From a virus (lineage: Duplodnaviria; Caudoviricetes): a stretch of DNA of 25,787 bases. This document shows positions 24,672-25,787 of the stretch, piece after piece. The position numbers were made by a program, and so were the translations under genes. Every line of letters starts with the position of its first letter. Positions within the stretch are counted from its first letter, which is position 1. The DNA is taken from positions 1 to 25,787 of IMG/VR virus record IMGVR_UViG_3300030330_001326. One strand, 5' to 3'. The notes below the pieces were generated by a model. The model made no database searches. It was not told the origin of the DNA and worked only from the letters and a program-made list of their open reading frames with translations.

Positions 24672-25787
24672 TGGCATTCTCACTAAAAGTAAAATATTAT
24701 AACTCTTTTTGGTTAAAAAAAGTTACAGCTGAAGCTGTTGATCCAGTTACTGATCCAGAATTAGATCAAGATCCGGAATGGGCTGATTGGCCTGGTTTAC
24801 CTTGGGATCCGACTGGTTGGCCGACTTATCCATTCGGACCAAGTCGAACATGGAACACTGACACTGGCGATCCAAATAAAGTAAGTGCTTATTATTGGTA
24901 TGTTGAAGAATCTAGAATAAGAGGAGGGTATAATAATACTAGTTTAGACTTTGGAGCTAGAGCATATTTAAAAGAAGAAGATAATACAGCTGACATTAGA
25001 GAATCTTCTTTAATATACTCAGGTATATATAACTCTAGAACTGGTGTTAATAATACAAATCAATTTCCTTCTGGATCTGAAATAACAAGAAGTTTAGACC
25101 CATTACAGGGATCAATACAAAAGTTATATGCTGAAAATACAGACTTAACTATATTTCAAGAGAGCAAAACAAGTAAGGCGTTAATAGATAAAGATGCAAT
25201 CTATTCGGCTGAAGGTAGCGCGTTAACAACGTCAGGTAGACAAGTGATAGGGCAAGTGGTACCTTATTTAGGTGAATATGGTATAAGTAAAAACCCGGAA
25301 AGTTTTGCTGTGTTTGGTTATAGAAAATATTATACTGACAGGTATAGGAATAAAGTATTAAGATTATCTAGAGATGGTATAACTGAAATATCTAATTACG
25401 GTATGCGTGATTATTTTAGAGATGAGTTTACCGAACTATCTGATGATTATCAACAAGTGATTTATGGACCATATCCTTTAACAAGTGTAGGTTCAAACTT
25501 TGTGGTGGTTGATATAGATGATTGTTGTGATGCTATTCCAGGTGCTTCAGTAGCAATAGAAAGTGCTACAAATGGTTTTCAAATAATGAATGTTAGAGAA
25601 AACGAAGGATCAACTAATAGCGCTATAGGTAACTGTCAAGATTTATTTGATGGAACTTTCGAAGTTAACATGCAAAATGAGTGGACCATTGAAAGCGAAA
25701 ATGATTTAAACAGTGCTACAGAGGTTTATTTTGTTATATACCAAAAACAGAGAATAGTTGGTGGTTATGACAACTATAATGATGAAT
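24671..25787 (+). CDS. Tail stabilisation/muzzle protein, second part; partial (runs off the window)
   Basis: TAATG coupling; frame stays open to the end (MAFSLKVKYYNSFWLKK...LIYSGIYNSRTGVNNTNQF...GSIQKL...YGISKNPESFA...LRLSRDGITEISNYGM); absent from the ORF track, presumably because there is no stop. Confidence 0.8.
   Translation, partial: MAFSLKVKYYNSFWLKKVTAEAVDPVTDPELDQDPEWADWPGLPWDPTGWPTYPFGPSRTWNTDTGDPNKVSAYYWYVEESRIRGGYNNTSLDFGARAYLKEEDNTADIRESSLIYSGIYNSRTGVNNTNQFPSGSEITRSLDPLQGSIQKLYAENTDLTIFQESKTSKALIDKDAIYSAEGSALTTSGRQVIGQVVPYLGEYGISKNPESFAVFGYRKYYTDRYRNKVLRLSRDGITEISNYGMRDYFRDEFTELSDDYQQVIYGPYPLTSVGSNFVVVDIDDCCDAIPGASVAIESATNGFQIMNVRENEGSTNSAIGNCQDLFDGTFEVNMQNEWTIESENDLNSATEVYFVIYQKQRIVGGYDNYNDE

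Noticed and set aside
925-25787. Stop-codon reassignment as in some Crassvirales
   Set aside because: Genes are full-length and densely packed under code 11; TAG (9242) and TGA (6556, 9509) end genes at sensible boundaries; no suppressor tRNA seen

Overview
The window is a 25.8-kb segment of an AT-rich, tailed dsDNA phage, most like Crassvirales-related podoviruses of Bacteroidota (probably Flavobacteriia). That assignment rests on gene order, recalled protein motifs and A/T-rich starts lacking Shine-Dalgarno sequences; no database search was run. Bases 1-580 hold tiny leftward ORFs and three copies of a repeated promoter-like motif. A G-rich, palindrome-containing strand-switch region follows (~581-900). 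The rest is one rightward late region: two MAYKQKSEDL paralogues, a fibre protein, groEL-groES, a lysis cassette built around an L,D-transpeptidase-like enzyme, an RcGTA-type head-spike base plus a LamG fibre, a tandem GroES-like protein, small and large terminase, portal, scaffold, major capsid protein, tail ring proteins and a two-gene tail stabilisation (muzzle) module cut off by the window end. The most striking signal is apparent overprinting in the +1 frame of core head genes. A 167-aa signal-peptide-bearing ORF (plus a shorter basic ORF) lies inside the large terminase gene, with systematic avoidance of stop-creating codons. A 51-aa MPFKS-type basic ORF lies inside the scaffold gene.
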